Shown piece by piece: positions 15,243 through 25,703 of a DNA stretch of 64,000 nt (position 1 is the stretch's first letter; the number at the start of each line of letters is the position of its first letter). A program made the translations under genes and the position numbers. The notes below the pieces were generated by a model. The model searched no databases. It was not told the DNA's origin and worked only from the letters and a program-made list of their open reading frames with translations. Source of the stretch: a virus; the IMG/VR virus record IMGVR_UViG_2974694605_000001, positions 20,294 through 84,293 of that record. The stretch is one strand, 5' to 3'.

Positions 15243-17198
15243 TTGACAGAAAAAATTAGAAAGCTGAGTAATCGTGACCAAGCTCGTGAGAAGATTGCTG
15301 TATGGTACGGTTCAGCCGACAACTACCAACATGGACTAAAAGAACTCCTAGCCAATGCAACAGATGAAATTATTAATAATTTTGAAGAGGGGACTATTAC
15401 GGTCAAGCTGAGTGAAGATGGTTCAACAGTAACTGTTACAGATACTGGTCGAGGTATTCCAATCTCAGGAGAAACTGATGGAATCCCCAACTACGAGTTA
15501 CTGTTTTTAACTCTCTTTGCAGGAACTAAGTATGGAGATAGTGGAGTAACAAATGGAACTTATACTGGTTCAAATGGTGTAGGTACTACAGTTCTTAACT
15601 ATACGTCAGTTCTTTTTGAAGTAACATCAGTTATTAAGGGAATTAAATACCATATTAAATTCACTAATGGTGGTGAAGTCACAGAGGATTTAACAGAAGA
15701 AAAAACAGATGGTATTGATGGAACAACCGTGACATTCTCACTTGACCCGACAGTTTATACAAAAACAATCTTTAAAGATGAAGATGTTCGTGAGATTGCA
15801 CACCGTTATGCTGTTAGTTCAAATAAGATTACAGTTGACTATATTCATGGAGAAACTGAATTAAAATACCATTATACAGACTTGAAAGAATATTATTCAG
15901 AACTTACAGGTGCTGTCAACACAAGTGGGATTGTCTTTGGTGATTTAGTTGAGTATCAAGATACAATTACAAGTAATCAACATGATGTTTTCACGTCTCA
16001 TGAAGAATTAACTTCTCTTTCGATTGCATTATCAACATCAACAACACCGACACAAGAATCTTACTTGAACTTAAACTACTTACCTAATGGTGGTAAGATT
16101 AACGAAGGAATTATTAATGGTATTAAACTTTACGTTAATAAATACTGTCGTGCAAATAATCTGTTTCCTAAGAAAGTCAATTCTTTTTCAGATTCAGACA
16201 TTACGGAATCATTTAGTTTTGTAGCTGTTATGTTCTCAAACAATGTTGAGTTTGCAAATCAAACTAAGTTCTCTACAAACAAAGAACTCTATAAAGAAGT
16301 TGCCAAGAGACGTGTTACACAAATCTTAGAAGTTACAGAAATTGAAGACCCTAAAAACTTTAAAGATATTATCAATCACTTATTGCTTGTGCAAAAAGAG
16401 AATACAGTCAACGCTAAACACAAAGAGAAACTTAAAAAGAAATTAACTGAAAAAGTTGACTCAATGTCTAATCGTATTGAGAAGTTAGTTGATTCACGTA
16501 TTCACGGTGAAGAAGCAGAATTGTATCTTGCAGAAGGTGACTCGGCTCATGGTTCAGTAGTTCAGGCTCGTGATAGTAAGTTCCAAGCAAGTATGCCTAT
16601 GGGTGGTAAATTCCTCAACGTTGAAAAAGCAATGAACATTGAAGATATTGTTAATAATGAAACGGTCATGAATGTAATCAAAGCTCTAGGATGTGGAATT
16701 GATTTAGGTAAGAAACAGAAAGACTTGCCTAAGTTTGATATTGAGAAGTTACGTTATGGAAAAATTATCTGTGCATCAGATGAAGACCCAGACGGTGCTC
16801 AAATTCAATGCTTGATTATCACTCTGTTTTATAAATTGATGCCAGAAATCATTCACACAGGAAGATTATATTTGGCTCAAACACCTTTGTTTCAAATCAA
16901 ACTCAAAGATGATTCAGTTCTTTATACTTATACAGATGAGGGACGTGATAAAATCCTTAAAGAACAAGGAAGTAAAGTGGTTCAATACTCACGAGCGAAA
17001 GGGCTCGGAGAATTAAATGCAAACATTATGGCTGAGACAGCAATGAACCCTGAAACTCGTCATTTAACACGTGTTACAATTGAAGATGCTAAACATGCAG
17101 AACAAGCTATCGTTGACTGGATGGGTACAAACGTAGATAATCGTAAAGTATTCATTTCACGAAACCTTAATAAATTTACTAAAGAAGGGTTAGAATAA
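15243..17198 (+). CDS. gyrB: type IIA topoisomerase subunit B (GyrB/ParE family)
   Basis: GHKL motifs ELLANATDE, DTGRGIP, GSNGVG; TOPRIM EGDSA and DEDPDG; start TTG 15243 or ATG 15231. Confidence 0.93.
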   Translation: MTEKIRKLSNRDQAREKIAVWYGSADNYQHGLKELLANATDEIINNFEEGTITVKLSEDGSTVTVTDTGRGIPISGETDGIPNYELLFLTLFAGTKYGDSGVTNGTYTGSNGVGTTVLNYTSVLFEVTSVIKGIKYHIKFTNGGEVTEDLTEEKTDGIDGTTVTFSLDPTVYTKTIFKDEDVREIAHRYAVSSNKITVDYIHGETELKYHYTDLKEYYSELTGAVNTSGIVFGDLVEYQDTITSNQHDVFTSHEELTSLSIALSTSTTPTQESYLNLNYLPNGGKINEGIINGIKLYVNKYCRANNLFPKKVNSFSDSDITESFSFVAVMFSNNVEFANQTKFSTNKELYKEVAKRRVTQILEVTEIEDPKNFKDIINHLLLVQKENTVNAKHKEKLKKKLTEKVDSMSNRIEKLVDSRIHGEEAELYLAEGDSAHGSVVQARDSKFQASMPMGGKFLNVEKAMNIEDIVNNETVMNVIKALGCGIDLGKKQKDLPKFDIEKLRYGKIICASDEDPDGAQIQCLIITLFYKLMPEIIHTGRLYLAQTPLFQIKLKDDSVLYTYTDEGRDKILKEQGSKVVQYSRAKGLGELNANIMAETAMNPETRHLTRVTIEDAKHAEQAIVDWMGTNVDNRKVFISRNLNKFTKEGLE

Positions 17199-17199
17199 A

Positions 17200-19314
17200 A
17201 TGGAAATTGTAGAAAAGGAATTACAACATATTGTGACTGACAATATGGGTCAATATTCAACATATGTACTACTTTCACGTGCTATTCCTGATTTTAGAGA
17301 CGGATTAAAGCCATCTTATCGAAGAATTTTATGGGCTATGCAAGAAATGAAAGCTACAAGATTTACAAAATCATTTAACGTAGCTGGTGCAGTCATGCTT
17401 TATCACCCTCACGGTTCAACATATCCAACTATGGTTGGTATGGCTCAGAAAGATAGCCAACTAAATCCTATGGTTATAGGGCAAGGGAACTTCGGTCAGC
17501 ACGCAAGTGAATTAGCCTATGGTGCTGAACGTTATACTGAAGTTAAATTAGCTCCGATTGGAGTTGATATGATGGTTGATGTTAAAAAGGGTGGTGTTGA
17601 CCTCATTGATAACTATGATGGTACACGTAAAATTCCAGAAGTTTTTCCAGTTAAATATCCAACTATCTTAGCTTATGCTCAATCAGGAATTGGTGTAGGA
17701 TTTAGTTCAAGTATTCCTTCATTTAACACAACTGAATTGTGTGAAGCTATCATTAAACGAATCGAAAATAATGAACAGACATTGCTTATTCCAGACTTTG
17801 GTACTGGTGCTTATATTATCAATGACCCTGATGTTATTAAGTCAATTAATGAGAATGGTAGTGGTTCAATCAATCAACGTGCTAAAGTTGAGTTTGATAA
17901 AGATAGTCGTGAGATTATTGTTAAAGAAATTCCTTATGGAACAACAAAAGAGAAAATTATCGAACGTATTATTAAATTAAATAAAGAAGATAAACTCAAA
18001 GAAGTTGCTAAAGTAGAAGATACAAGTGGATTAAAAGGTCTTGAAATTGTTATCACAGCTAAACGTGGTGTTGACCTCGAACAATTACTTGAAAAACTTT
18101 ATCAAATAACACCAATGCAAGCAAGTTATTCTACTAACTTAATGGTTATTAATCGTCAAGGATTACCAGAAAAGATGGGTGTATGGTCACTTATTGCTAA
18201 GTGGTTGGACTGGCGAACAGATACATATCAACGTATGATTATGAAAGATATCCAAACCAAACAAGTACAGCTTGAAATTTTGTACGGACTGAAAAATATC
18301 AAAGATGATTTGGAACATGTAATCAAGATTATTCGTAATTCTACAGATGATAATGTAATTCAAAATCTATCTGATGAGTTCAGTTTAACTAAGCTTCAAG
18401 CAGAACGTGTTTCAGGGTTGAAACTTAAAAATCTTACCACTACTTTTATTAAGAAACAATTGAGTAATATTAAGAGTCTCGAAAAAGAAATTGAACAACT
18501 TGAATGGACAATTGAAAAACCTCAACGTATCCATAAACTTATAGTCCAAGATATGAAAGATGTTATTGCTCAATTTGGAACACCTCGTAAATCACAACTT
18601 ATTGATAAATCTGTAGTAGCTAAGAAAGCAAAACTTTCTCCTGCAAATACAGTAGAAGAATATAATGTAAAAGTTATTGTAACTAAAGATGGTTATGTTA
18701 AAAAGATTCCTTTGACTTCTCTTCGTGGCAATGCAGAGATTCAATTTAAAGAAGGAGATATCCCCACATCGGAAACTGATACTGACAATGGGGAAGAACT
18801 TCTTATCTTCACAAATAAACAAAATGTTTATAAGAAACAACTTGATGATTTGAATGACACTAAACCGAAAGATTTAGGTAACTACATTCCATCTCTAATT
18901 GATTTAGAAGAAGGGGAAGAAATTAAAGGCATTATAACGCTTTCTAAGGACACCAAATACGTTCTTTTGGGATTTGAAGACGGAAAGGTCGCTAAAGTTA
19001 ACGTAGAGGCTTATAGGACGTCCACAAAGCGTTCTAAACTTAAGAATAGTGTAGTTGGTAAAATGATAGTTTTACTGACTACATTAACTGACGATGTAGA
19101 CATTATGTCTATCTCTGAAAGTGGTAAAGCTATCGTTACTAACACATCTATGATTTCTGCTAAAAATTCTAAAGCAACACAAGGTATTACCAACCAAAAA
19201 TTGAAAGCAGGAGAATCAATTAAGAAATTGCTTGTTCTTAAAGAAGGTGAAGAGGACAATCGAGAGTATTATCGTGTACAATCAGCAGGTGCTGGTAAGA
19301 AATTTAAAGGATAA
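17200..19314 (+). CDS. gyrA: type IIA topoisomerase subunit A (GyrA/ParC family)
   Basis: RAIPDFRDGLKP, YHPHG, AERYTE catalytic Tyr; short C-terminal pinwheel, no GyrA-box seen. Confidence 0.93.
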   Translation: MEIVEKELQHIVTDNMGQYSTYVLLSRAIPDFRDGLKPSYRRILWAMQEMKATRFTKSFNVAGAVMLYHPHGSTYPTMVGMAQKDSQLNPMVIGQGNFGQHASELAYGAERYTEVKLAPIGVDMMVDVKKGGVDLIDNYDGTRKIPEVFPVKYPTILAYAQSGIGVGFSSSIPSFNTTELCEAIIKRIENNEQTLLIPDFGTGAYIINDPDVIKSINENGSGSINQRAKVEFDKDSREIIVKEIPYGTTKEKIIERIIKLNKEDKLKEVAKVEDTSGLKGLEIVITAKRGVDLEQLLEKLYQITPMQASYSTNLMVINRQGLPEKMGVWSLIAKWLDWRTDTYQRMIMKDIQTKQVQLEILYGLKNIKDDLEHVIKIIRNSTDDNVIQNLSDEFSLTKLQAERVSGLKLKNLTTTFIKKQLSNIKSLEKEIEQLEWTIEKPQRIHKLIVQDMKDVIAQFGTPRKSQLIDKSVVAKKAKLSPANTVEEYNVKVIVTKDGYVKKIPLTSLRGNAEIQFKEGDIPTSETDTDNGEELLIFTNKQNVYKKQLDDLNDTKPKDLGNYIPSLIDLEEGEEIKGIITLSKDTKYVLLGFEDGKVAKVNVEAYRTSTKRSKLKNSVVGKMIVLLTTLTDDVDIMSISESGKAIVTNTSMISAKNSKATQGITNQKLKAGESIKKLLVLKEGEEDNREYYRVQSAGAGKKFKG

Positions 19315-19317
19315 AAA

Positions 19318-19614
19318 ATGGAAAAAAGAATATTTAGTATTATCAGAGGGGTTCTGATGACAGTCATCACAATCAGTTTGCTATTGGGTTATATCTGGTT
19401 TGTCTTTGATTTAAACATGCTTGCATGGGGAACTCTCCTTGTAGGTGTTATGTTTCAGGGTACTGCGGTTATGTTTGTAGTCGGTCTATGGTTAGTAATG
19501 TTAAGTTGTATCTTCTTCTTTGTTTTAGGTATGGCATTAATATTCTGGATATCAGTTTTGTTTGATAAAATTGAAAAATATATTTTTGAAGAAAGGGAAA
19601 TACGAAATGATTAA
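19318..19614 (+). CDS. membrane protein
   Basis: multiple hydrophobic segments. Confidence 0.65.
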   Translation: MEKRIFSIIRGVLMTVITISLLLGYIWFVFDLNMLAWGTLLVGVMFQGTAVMFVVGLWLVMLSCIFFFVLGMALIFWISVLFDKIEKYIFEEREIRND

Positions 19615-19963
19615 AGTTTACCAATGTCGAGCACAAATTAATACACCCTACCTGACATCAAATTCACGTTCAGGGTTCTTTAAAAAAGGAGAAGACTTTC
19701 TCATGTATCGTAGCTCAAAAGGTACGTGGGTTGTAAGCTCTCCAAAGAACTCAACAATGCACACAAATGCTATTCCAATCGAACATGCTTTGGATACTAA
19801 ACATTCATGGCTCTTAAACCTTAATATCACGAGTATTGTGGATATTTTTGAAGCACCAAACAAGACACATCTACGCCACTCATTCGCTCTATTCAAATAC
19901 CCTAGCTTTGCAAATTTTGTAAATATAGAGAATTTTGAACTCAATCTCAAAGGAGAACAATAA
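19607..19963 (+). CDS. hypothetical protein
   Basis: AAGGG RBS before ATG 19607. Confidence 0.65.
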   Translation: MIKVYQCRAQINTPYLTSNSRSGFFKKGEDFLMYRSSKGTWVVSSPKNSTMHTNAIPIEHALDTKHSWLLNLNITSIVDIFEAPNKTHLRHSFALFKYPSFANFVNIENFELNLKGEQ

Positions 19964-20481
19964 TGGAAAAAGTTAAAATTTATTTCGCAAGCCCACTTTT
20001 CTCAGATATGGAACGTTGGTTTAATACTGATATTGTTGACAGTTTACGATACGCTCTTCCTGAAAATGTAGAGATTTATCTACCACAGGAAAATGAAGCA
20101 ATTAATGATAAGTCAGGATATGCAAACTCTGTAATGATTGCAGAAGCTGATACAAACGAACTGTTGAGTTCTGACTTTATTGTAGCTGTCCTAGACGGTG
20201 CAACAATTGATGTTGGTGTGGCTAGTGAAATTGGAGTTGCCTATGCTAAAGGCATTCCAGTTATTGGTCTGTATTCAGATTCACGTCAAGGTGCTTTTGG
20301 AAACACAAACAAAATCAACGCTCTTGAAGAGGTGGGGGAATCACAATTCTCTTATATTAATCTCTATACTGTAGGGTTAGTTAAATCTAACGGTGCTCTA
20401 TTTAAAGATGTTGGAGACTGGTTCGACTACATTGTTGACGAAGCTAAAAAATTATCAGAAGAAAAGGAAACAAATGACTAA
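19963..20481 (+). CDS. nucleoside 2'-deoxyribosyltransferase family protein
   Basis: KIYFASPLFS, PQEN, DVGVASEIGVAYA. Confidence 0.88.
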   Translation: MEKVKIYFASPLFSDMERWFNTDIVDSLRYALPENVEIYLPQENEAINDKSGYANSVMIAEADTNELLSSDFIVAVLDGATIDVGVASEIGVAYAKGIPVIGLYSDSRQGAFGNTNKINALEEVGESQFSYINLYTVGLVKSNGALFKDVGDWFDYIVDEAKKLSEEKETND

Positions 20482-21133
20482 ACTAATTAACAAACCAGCA
20501 TTTCAATATGCTTATATCTCACTTATCGTACTTGCTCAATTGATAGTACTCTTCACAGTTAAGACACCTATTATTCAATGGGTATCGGGTCTTTCAGGTG
20601 CATTATATGTATCAACTTTAACATTCAGTAAGAAATATACTTTCTTAGTTGCTCTTGTGTTTAACACGACAATGTTGTTTATTGGTATTCAACATGGTAT
20701 CTTATCAGAAAGTATTCAACAACCACTATTTATGGCAATGGGTATCATTGGATTCATTCACATGAACTTCAAAGGACGATACAAATTTATTAATAATACC
20801 CTTCAACGAATTAAAAATATTGAAGTTTGGAAAATTCTCTTACTTAGTGTGGTCGTTATGGTAGTTTGGACTTTTATTTCTAAAGGTCTTGGTTCTCCTA
20901 TCTGGTGGAAAGATGGAATCCTTGGTGGTGTAGCTATCTCAGCACAGCTATTCTCTATTGCAGGAAACAAATACAGTTGGTTCTACTGGATGACACTCAA
21001 TGCTCTTACGACTTGGACATGGTTCACTTTAGCGACACCTAATGTTACTATGGGTGTTCTATATCTAATCTTTCTTGTGAACTCAATCTTTGGTTACATT
21101 TTCTGGAATGTATCTAATAAAGAAAGCCTTTAA
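20474..21133 (+). CDS. pnuC: PnuC-family nucleoside/vitamin transporter
   Basis: about 7 TM segments; SGLSGALYV; DG...SAQL...SWFYWMTLN signature. Confidence 0.8.
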   Translation: MTKLINKPAFQYAYISLIVLAQLIVLFTVKTPIIQWVSGLSGALYVSTLTFSKKYTFLVALVFNTTMLFIGIQHGILSESIQQPLFMAMGIIGFIHMNFKGRYKFINNTLQRIKNIEVWKILLLSVVVMVVWTFISKGLGSPIWWKDGILGGVAISAQLFSIAGNKYSWFYWMTLNALTTWTWFTLATPNVTMGVLYLIFLVNSIFGYIFWNVSNKESL

Positions 21134-21146
21134 TAGGCTTTTTATT
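21123..21146 (+). terminator. intrinsic terminator
   Basis: AAAGCCT/AGGCTTT + T run. Confidence 0.7.
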
Positions 21147-21153
21147 GTGTCAC

Positions 21154-21182
21154 TTGACAAACCATGAAAAATATGGTATAAT
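21154..21182 (+). promoter_or_regulatory. sigma70-type promoter of nrdDG
   Basis: TTGACA-17-TATAAT. Confidence 0.85.
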
Positions 21183-21211
21183 ATAACTTGTATAGAAATT
21201 GGAGGAAATAG

Positions 21212-24200
21212 ATGGAAAATTTATTTGTTGTTAAGAAAAGAACAGATGAGAAACAAGAAAGGGTGACGGAAGAATGGAACTTCGATAAGGTAATTTCTGC
21301 CTGTCAAAAGTCAGCCCAACACATAGACAAACCTCTAACTAAAGAACAAATCGCTGAGATTAAATCCTTAGTAGAACTTGCCATTGTCAAACGTAGAGAT
21401 GGTATTTTAGCTGATACAAGTGTGCAACATGAAGATAAACTTCATTACATTAATGTTCGTGAAATTCATGATATTGTTTTGTCGGCTCTAAAACAAGTTG
21501 ATGTTGATATCTATGATTCATATCATGAATATCGAAATTATAAAATATCACAAGATAAGCATTATCGTGAACTATACAAAGATTTAGATAGTCTTAAAAA
21601 TGGAATTTACAATGAGAATGCAAACAAAGATAGCTCTATTAATTCAACTAAGCGTTCTCTTCTTGCTGAAATGACTCAGAAGAAAATTGTAACTGACTTT
21701 ATTCTTCAAAAGAACTGGGCTAAGGCTCATGAAGAAGGATGGATTTATATTCATGACTTAGGAGATTTGTACTGGAGAAGTTTCAATTGTGACAATGTTG
21801 ATTTCGCAAATATCATTAAGACTAAAAAACAAAAGGATGGAGAGTATGCTTTTACTTTAAATGGTATTAAATATCCCGAACCTAAATCAATTAGTTCAGC
21901 TTTTAATTTAGTGGCGGATTTACTCCTCCAAGTCTCTAGCCAGCAGCACGGTGGACTGAGTGTTCAGAACTTTGACCATTTCCTAGCACCTTATGCAGAA
22001 TTAACTTATGATAAAGCATTCAAAAGATATATGGAAAAGGGAATTGCATATAATACAGCACATGAAATGGCAGAAGAAGATACTCTTTATGCAATCAAAC
22101 AAGGTGTTCAAGGGTTTGAACTTGAAATAAGTACTGTCTCTAATGCATTGGGACAAATTCCATTTACATCAATTGGTTTTGGACTGGATACCTCTAAATG
22201 GGGTCGTGAAATTACTCGTGCTTTCTTGCTCGAACGTTCCGAACCAGATTGTGTACTTGTCTTTCCTAAATTAATCTTTGCTAGTGCTAAAGAAGTTAAC
22301 TTGAATCCTGATTCACCTAACTATGATTTATTCCAATTGGCTATTAAATGTAGTTCAACTAAATTATATCCTGATTACGTTTCAATGGATAAGGGGATTC
22401 TTGCACCTGCATACAGTCGTCATAAAGATGACTTAGACCAAATTTTATCAGTACCAATGGGTTAGTGAAAATGTAGCCCATTTAAAACCTTGTGAACCTC
22501 TCTTAGAGGGTGTGGATTAATATAATCTGCTAACAGTTAGGTCTTATTGATGTTTGTAGCAATCTTTAAGATGAGACTGTGCCAAGCCAAAACTCTGTTT
22601 TGGAAGGTGCAACGACTATCCGTGATGAGTGTAGCGGAGCTTAGAAATAAGATATGTTTTCAGAACATATAGACCATGAGATAAGAACATGGTCGGAGCG
22701 CAAGGCAACTTTATGTTGATGATATAGTCTGTCCCATTGGCGACAATGGATTTTAGAGAAAATCATAACTCTAAACAAAGTATGTGCAGAAGCTACAATA
22801 ATGTTGAATTTATCAATCCCTTAGAGGATTCAGAAGACTTCCAAAAAGAAGTTTATAAAGGACGTGGAAATGTTGGTGTAGTAACAATTAATTTCCCTAA
22901 AATCGCCATAGAATCAGGTGGTGATTGGAATAAATTCTATGAATTACTACATAAATATACTAACATGACGATGGATATCTTAGATTGGAGATATAATTAT
23001 GCTGGAGAAGCTAGAGCAGAAAGCAATCCTCTCATGTGGATGGAAGGTGGAGCATGGAGACGACTCAACCATAATGAAAAAATCTCTAAAACAATCTTTA
23101 ATTTCACTGCCTCTGTTGGTATTATTGGGTTCAATGAAGCTTTGAACTACATGTATTTGAATAATGGATATGAAGTTGATAATTTACCAAATTATAAGAA
23201 TGGCGGAAAACGTCAACAAGACCAAATCAAATTCATGGAAGTCCTTAACTCAATTAAAGAATTTAGAAATATCCATGATGCTGTTCGCATTGATGAAGAT
23301 GGTATTCAAACTCGTGTTTGGGATGAAGAAGGAAACTTTGTTCACCCAGACCCTGACAAGAAATATCTTGAAGTTTATGAAGGTTTAGACACGACACGCA
23401 AAACAACTATTATCCCTCGTATGTATTCTATCTATGGAACACCTGCTGAATCTCTTGTTTATAAAATGATGAAACAATTACAAGAACAGTATGGATTCAT
23501 CAATGGTGTTACAGCTCAAGAAGATGGAAAAGGACGTAATTATATTACTAACTCATTCCATCAGCCAGTGTGGATAGAATCAAATGTATTTGATAAGATT
23601 GATTTTGAAGCACCTTTCCATTGGGATAAGATGGCAAGTGGTGGACATATTAGTCAAAATGAATTTGCATATGGTACACCAGTAACAGTTCTTGAACAGA
23701 CTGTTAAATACGCTATGGAAAAAGGAATGTACTATGGAATCAATATTGCGTCAAGTCATTGTTTTGATTGCGGATGGAATGGAGAAACAGCAGATTTCTG
23801 TGTTGAGTGCAACTCAGAGAATGTGGTAACAATTCAACGTGTTTGTTTTACAGGAGAAAATCTTGTATTTACCGACAAAGGATACGTAAAAATCAAAGAT
23901 ATTAAAGAAGGTGACAAGGTTTGGACAATGAATAAGAGATTTAAACCTGTCGTTCAAGTTGGTAAAAAAGAAGTAGAAAAAACAATTAATCTTAAAATTT
24001 CAGGAACAGAAGATGTTGTATCAACCTTAGACCATCCTTTCTTTGCTAAAAAAGATAAAAATTCAGAAACAGAATTAATCGAAGCACAAAACCTAACAAA
24101 AGACTCTTATATTGCAGTACCAATTAATCAAGAATCTATTGTTCCGAAAGTAGAGGGTCTACCTGTTGAGGATAAAGATTTCTGGTGGTTAGTTGGTCGT

Positions 24201-25031
24201 TATTTGGGTGACGGTTGGGTTAAACAACACAGTGAAAACTCTATTAGAAGTTATATTTGTGTTGGAAAAGATGATTCTAATGGTATTGAAAAAATTCAAT
24301 ATGTAATAGATAAATTTAACCTTGGTTATACAGATAAGAGAGAGGCTCGGACTACATATACGTGGTCTACGTTTGATAAAACATTTAATAATTTTATGAA
24401 ACAAATGGGTCATAGAGCTGAAAATAAACAGATTCCTGTAGAATGGCTCAATCTACCTATTGATTTGGCGAGAGAACTTCTTTATGGATATCTTTCTGCT
24501 GACGGGTGCGTTCATAATAATAAACAAATTTGTAACTCTGTTTCTCGTAAATTGTTATATGGAATTGGACAACTTGTATTAAAAGTTGAAAATAAAGGAT
24601 ATACTATTTACAAAAATAGAGATGCTGGAACTATGGAGATAGAGGGTAGAACAGTAAACACTAAAACGAGATATGACCTAAAATTCTCTTTAGGCAAACC
24701 AACTATGAGTTTTGTTCAAAATGGTTATGCATTCTTTAGAGTTAGAGGTTCTGAAATTGTAGAAAAAAATGATACAGTTTACTCTTTGACAGTTTTAGAT
24801 GATGCAAGTTATACGATTCAAAATCTACTTGTTAAGAATTGTGGATATCTGTCTATTACATCACGTAATGGACATAGTGTTGTCAATTCTGGGAAAACAG
24901 AAGAATTACTAGAACGTGTTAATCACGTTGGAAATTCTAAAAAAGAATATACTAAAAACTTTGAGAAAAAACATGACATACAAAGAGATGTTGTATCGAA
25001 AGAGTTCTCAATGTTTGAATCAGGAGAATAA
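21212..25031 (+). CDS. nrdD: anaerobic class III RNR, join(21212..22462,22785..25031), contains an intein
   Basis: N-terminal ATP-cone, IYIHDLG, PMG|CRS restored by splicing, YGTPAES, CxxC/CxxC Zn site, RV|CGYL glycyl-radical loop. Confidence 0.93.
22463..22784 (+). mobile_element. group I intron (IA-type, ORF-less, 322 nt) in nrdD
   Basis: P1 ATGGGT/GCCCAT with U.G; P7 strands AACGACTATC (22611) and GATATAGTCT (22721); ends in G; splicing restores MGCRS. Confidence 0.92.
23844..24839 (+). mobile_element. intein with LAGLIDADG endonuclease (332 aa) in NrdD
   Basis: starts CFTGENLV, block B TLDHPF, GRYLGDG and GYLSADG motifs, ends LLVKN followed by extein Cys. Confidence 0.93.
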
Positions 25032-25627
25032 TGGCTTATATACATCAAATAAATGCTATGGATTTTGAGAATAGTTTCCAAGAGGGGGGATTTAGACACG
25101 ATATGCAGTCTAAGCTCCCTGTGGGAGCTGTTGTTTCAGTCTTTGTGAATTATTGTTCATTCCATTGTTTGGGATGTTGGAATAGTGATACGTGGGATAG
25201 GAAAGACGACCTTTACATTCCAGATGAGGAAGTTGCAGAACAAATCATTGAAGGTTTAGACCAGTTTGACTTAAATCCACCGATAGGGCTGAGTCTCTTG
25301 GGTGGCGATTCTCTCTTACCACAGAATGCAGAATCAACAGCTAATATAATTAGACTTGTGCTAGAAAAGAAACCAAATATTGTTATTGGTTTATGGACTG
25401 GATACAAGTTTGAATATCTCTTAAAGAAGATGGATGAGAACCAAAAATATATCTTAGAGCATATTGATGTTCTGATAGATGGTCAGTTCATGAAAGGAAA
25501 GAAAATTGCTAATAAACGTTATGGTTCATGGAATCAAAGAGTTATCAATGTTCCTAAATCATTAGAGGTAGGTCGGACGGTAATCACAGAATATTATAAA
25601 AAAGAAATGGAAGATTTTCCAATATAA
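25031..25627 (+). CDS. nrdG: anaerobic RNR activase (radical SAM)
   Basis: CSFHCLGC, SLLGGD, IDVLIDG, GSWNQRVI. Confidence 0.92.
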   Translation: MAYIHQINAMDFENSFQEGGFRHDMQSKLPVGAVVSVFVNYCSFHCLGCWNSDTWDRKDDLYIPDEEVAEQIIEGLDQFDLNPPIGLSLLGGDSLLPQNAESTANIIRLVLEKKPNIVIGLWTGYKFEYLLKKMDENQKYILEHIDVLIDGQFMKGKKIANKRYGSWNQRVINVPKSLEVGRTVITEYYKKEMEDFPI

Positions 25628-25630
25628 ACA

Positions 25631-25673
25631 CAAAAAGCTATCTCTTGACTAGGATAGCTTTTTGTGGTATAAT
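25631..25673 (+). promoter_or_regulatory. overlapping terminator hairpin and promoter
   Basis: 12-bp stem CAAAAAGCTATC/GATAGCTTTTTG with TTGACT in the loop; TATAAT at 25668. Confidence 0.8.
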
Positions 25674-25703
25674 GGTATTAGCATAAATTGAAAAGAGTGA
25701 ATA

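Noticed and set aside
22737-22784. ORF-track N-terminus MATMDFREN... as a separate gene start
   Set aside because: Lies within the nrdD intron; the exon begins at TGC 22785
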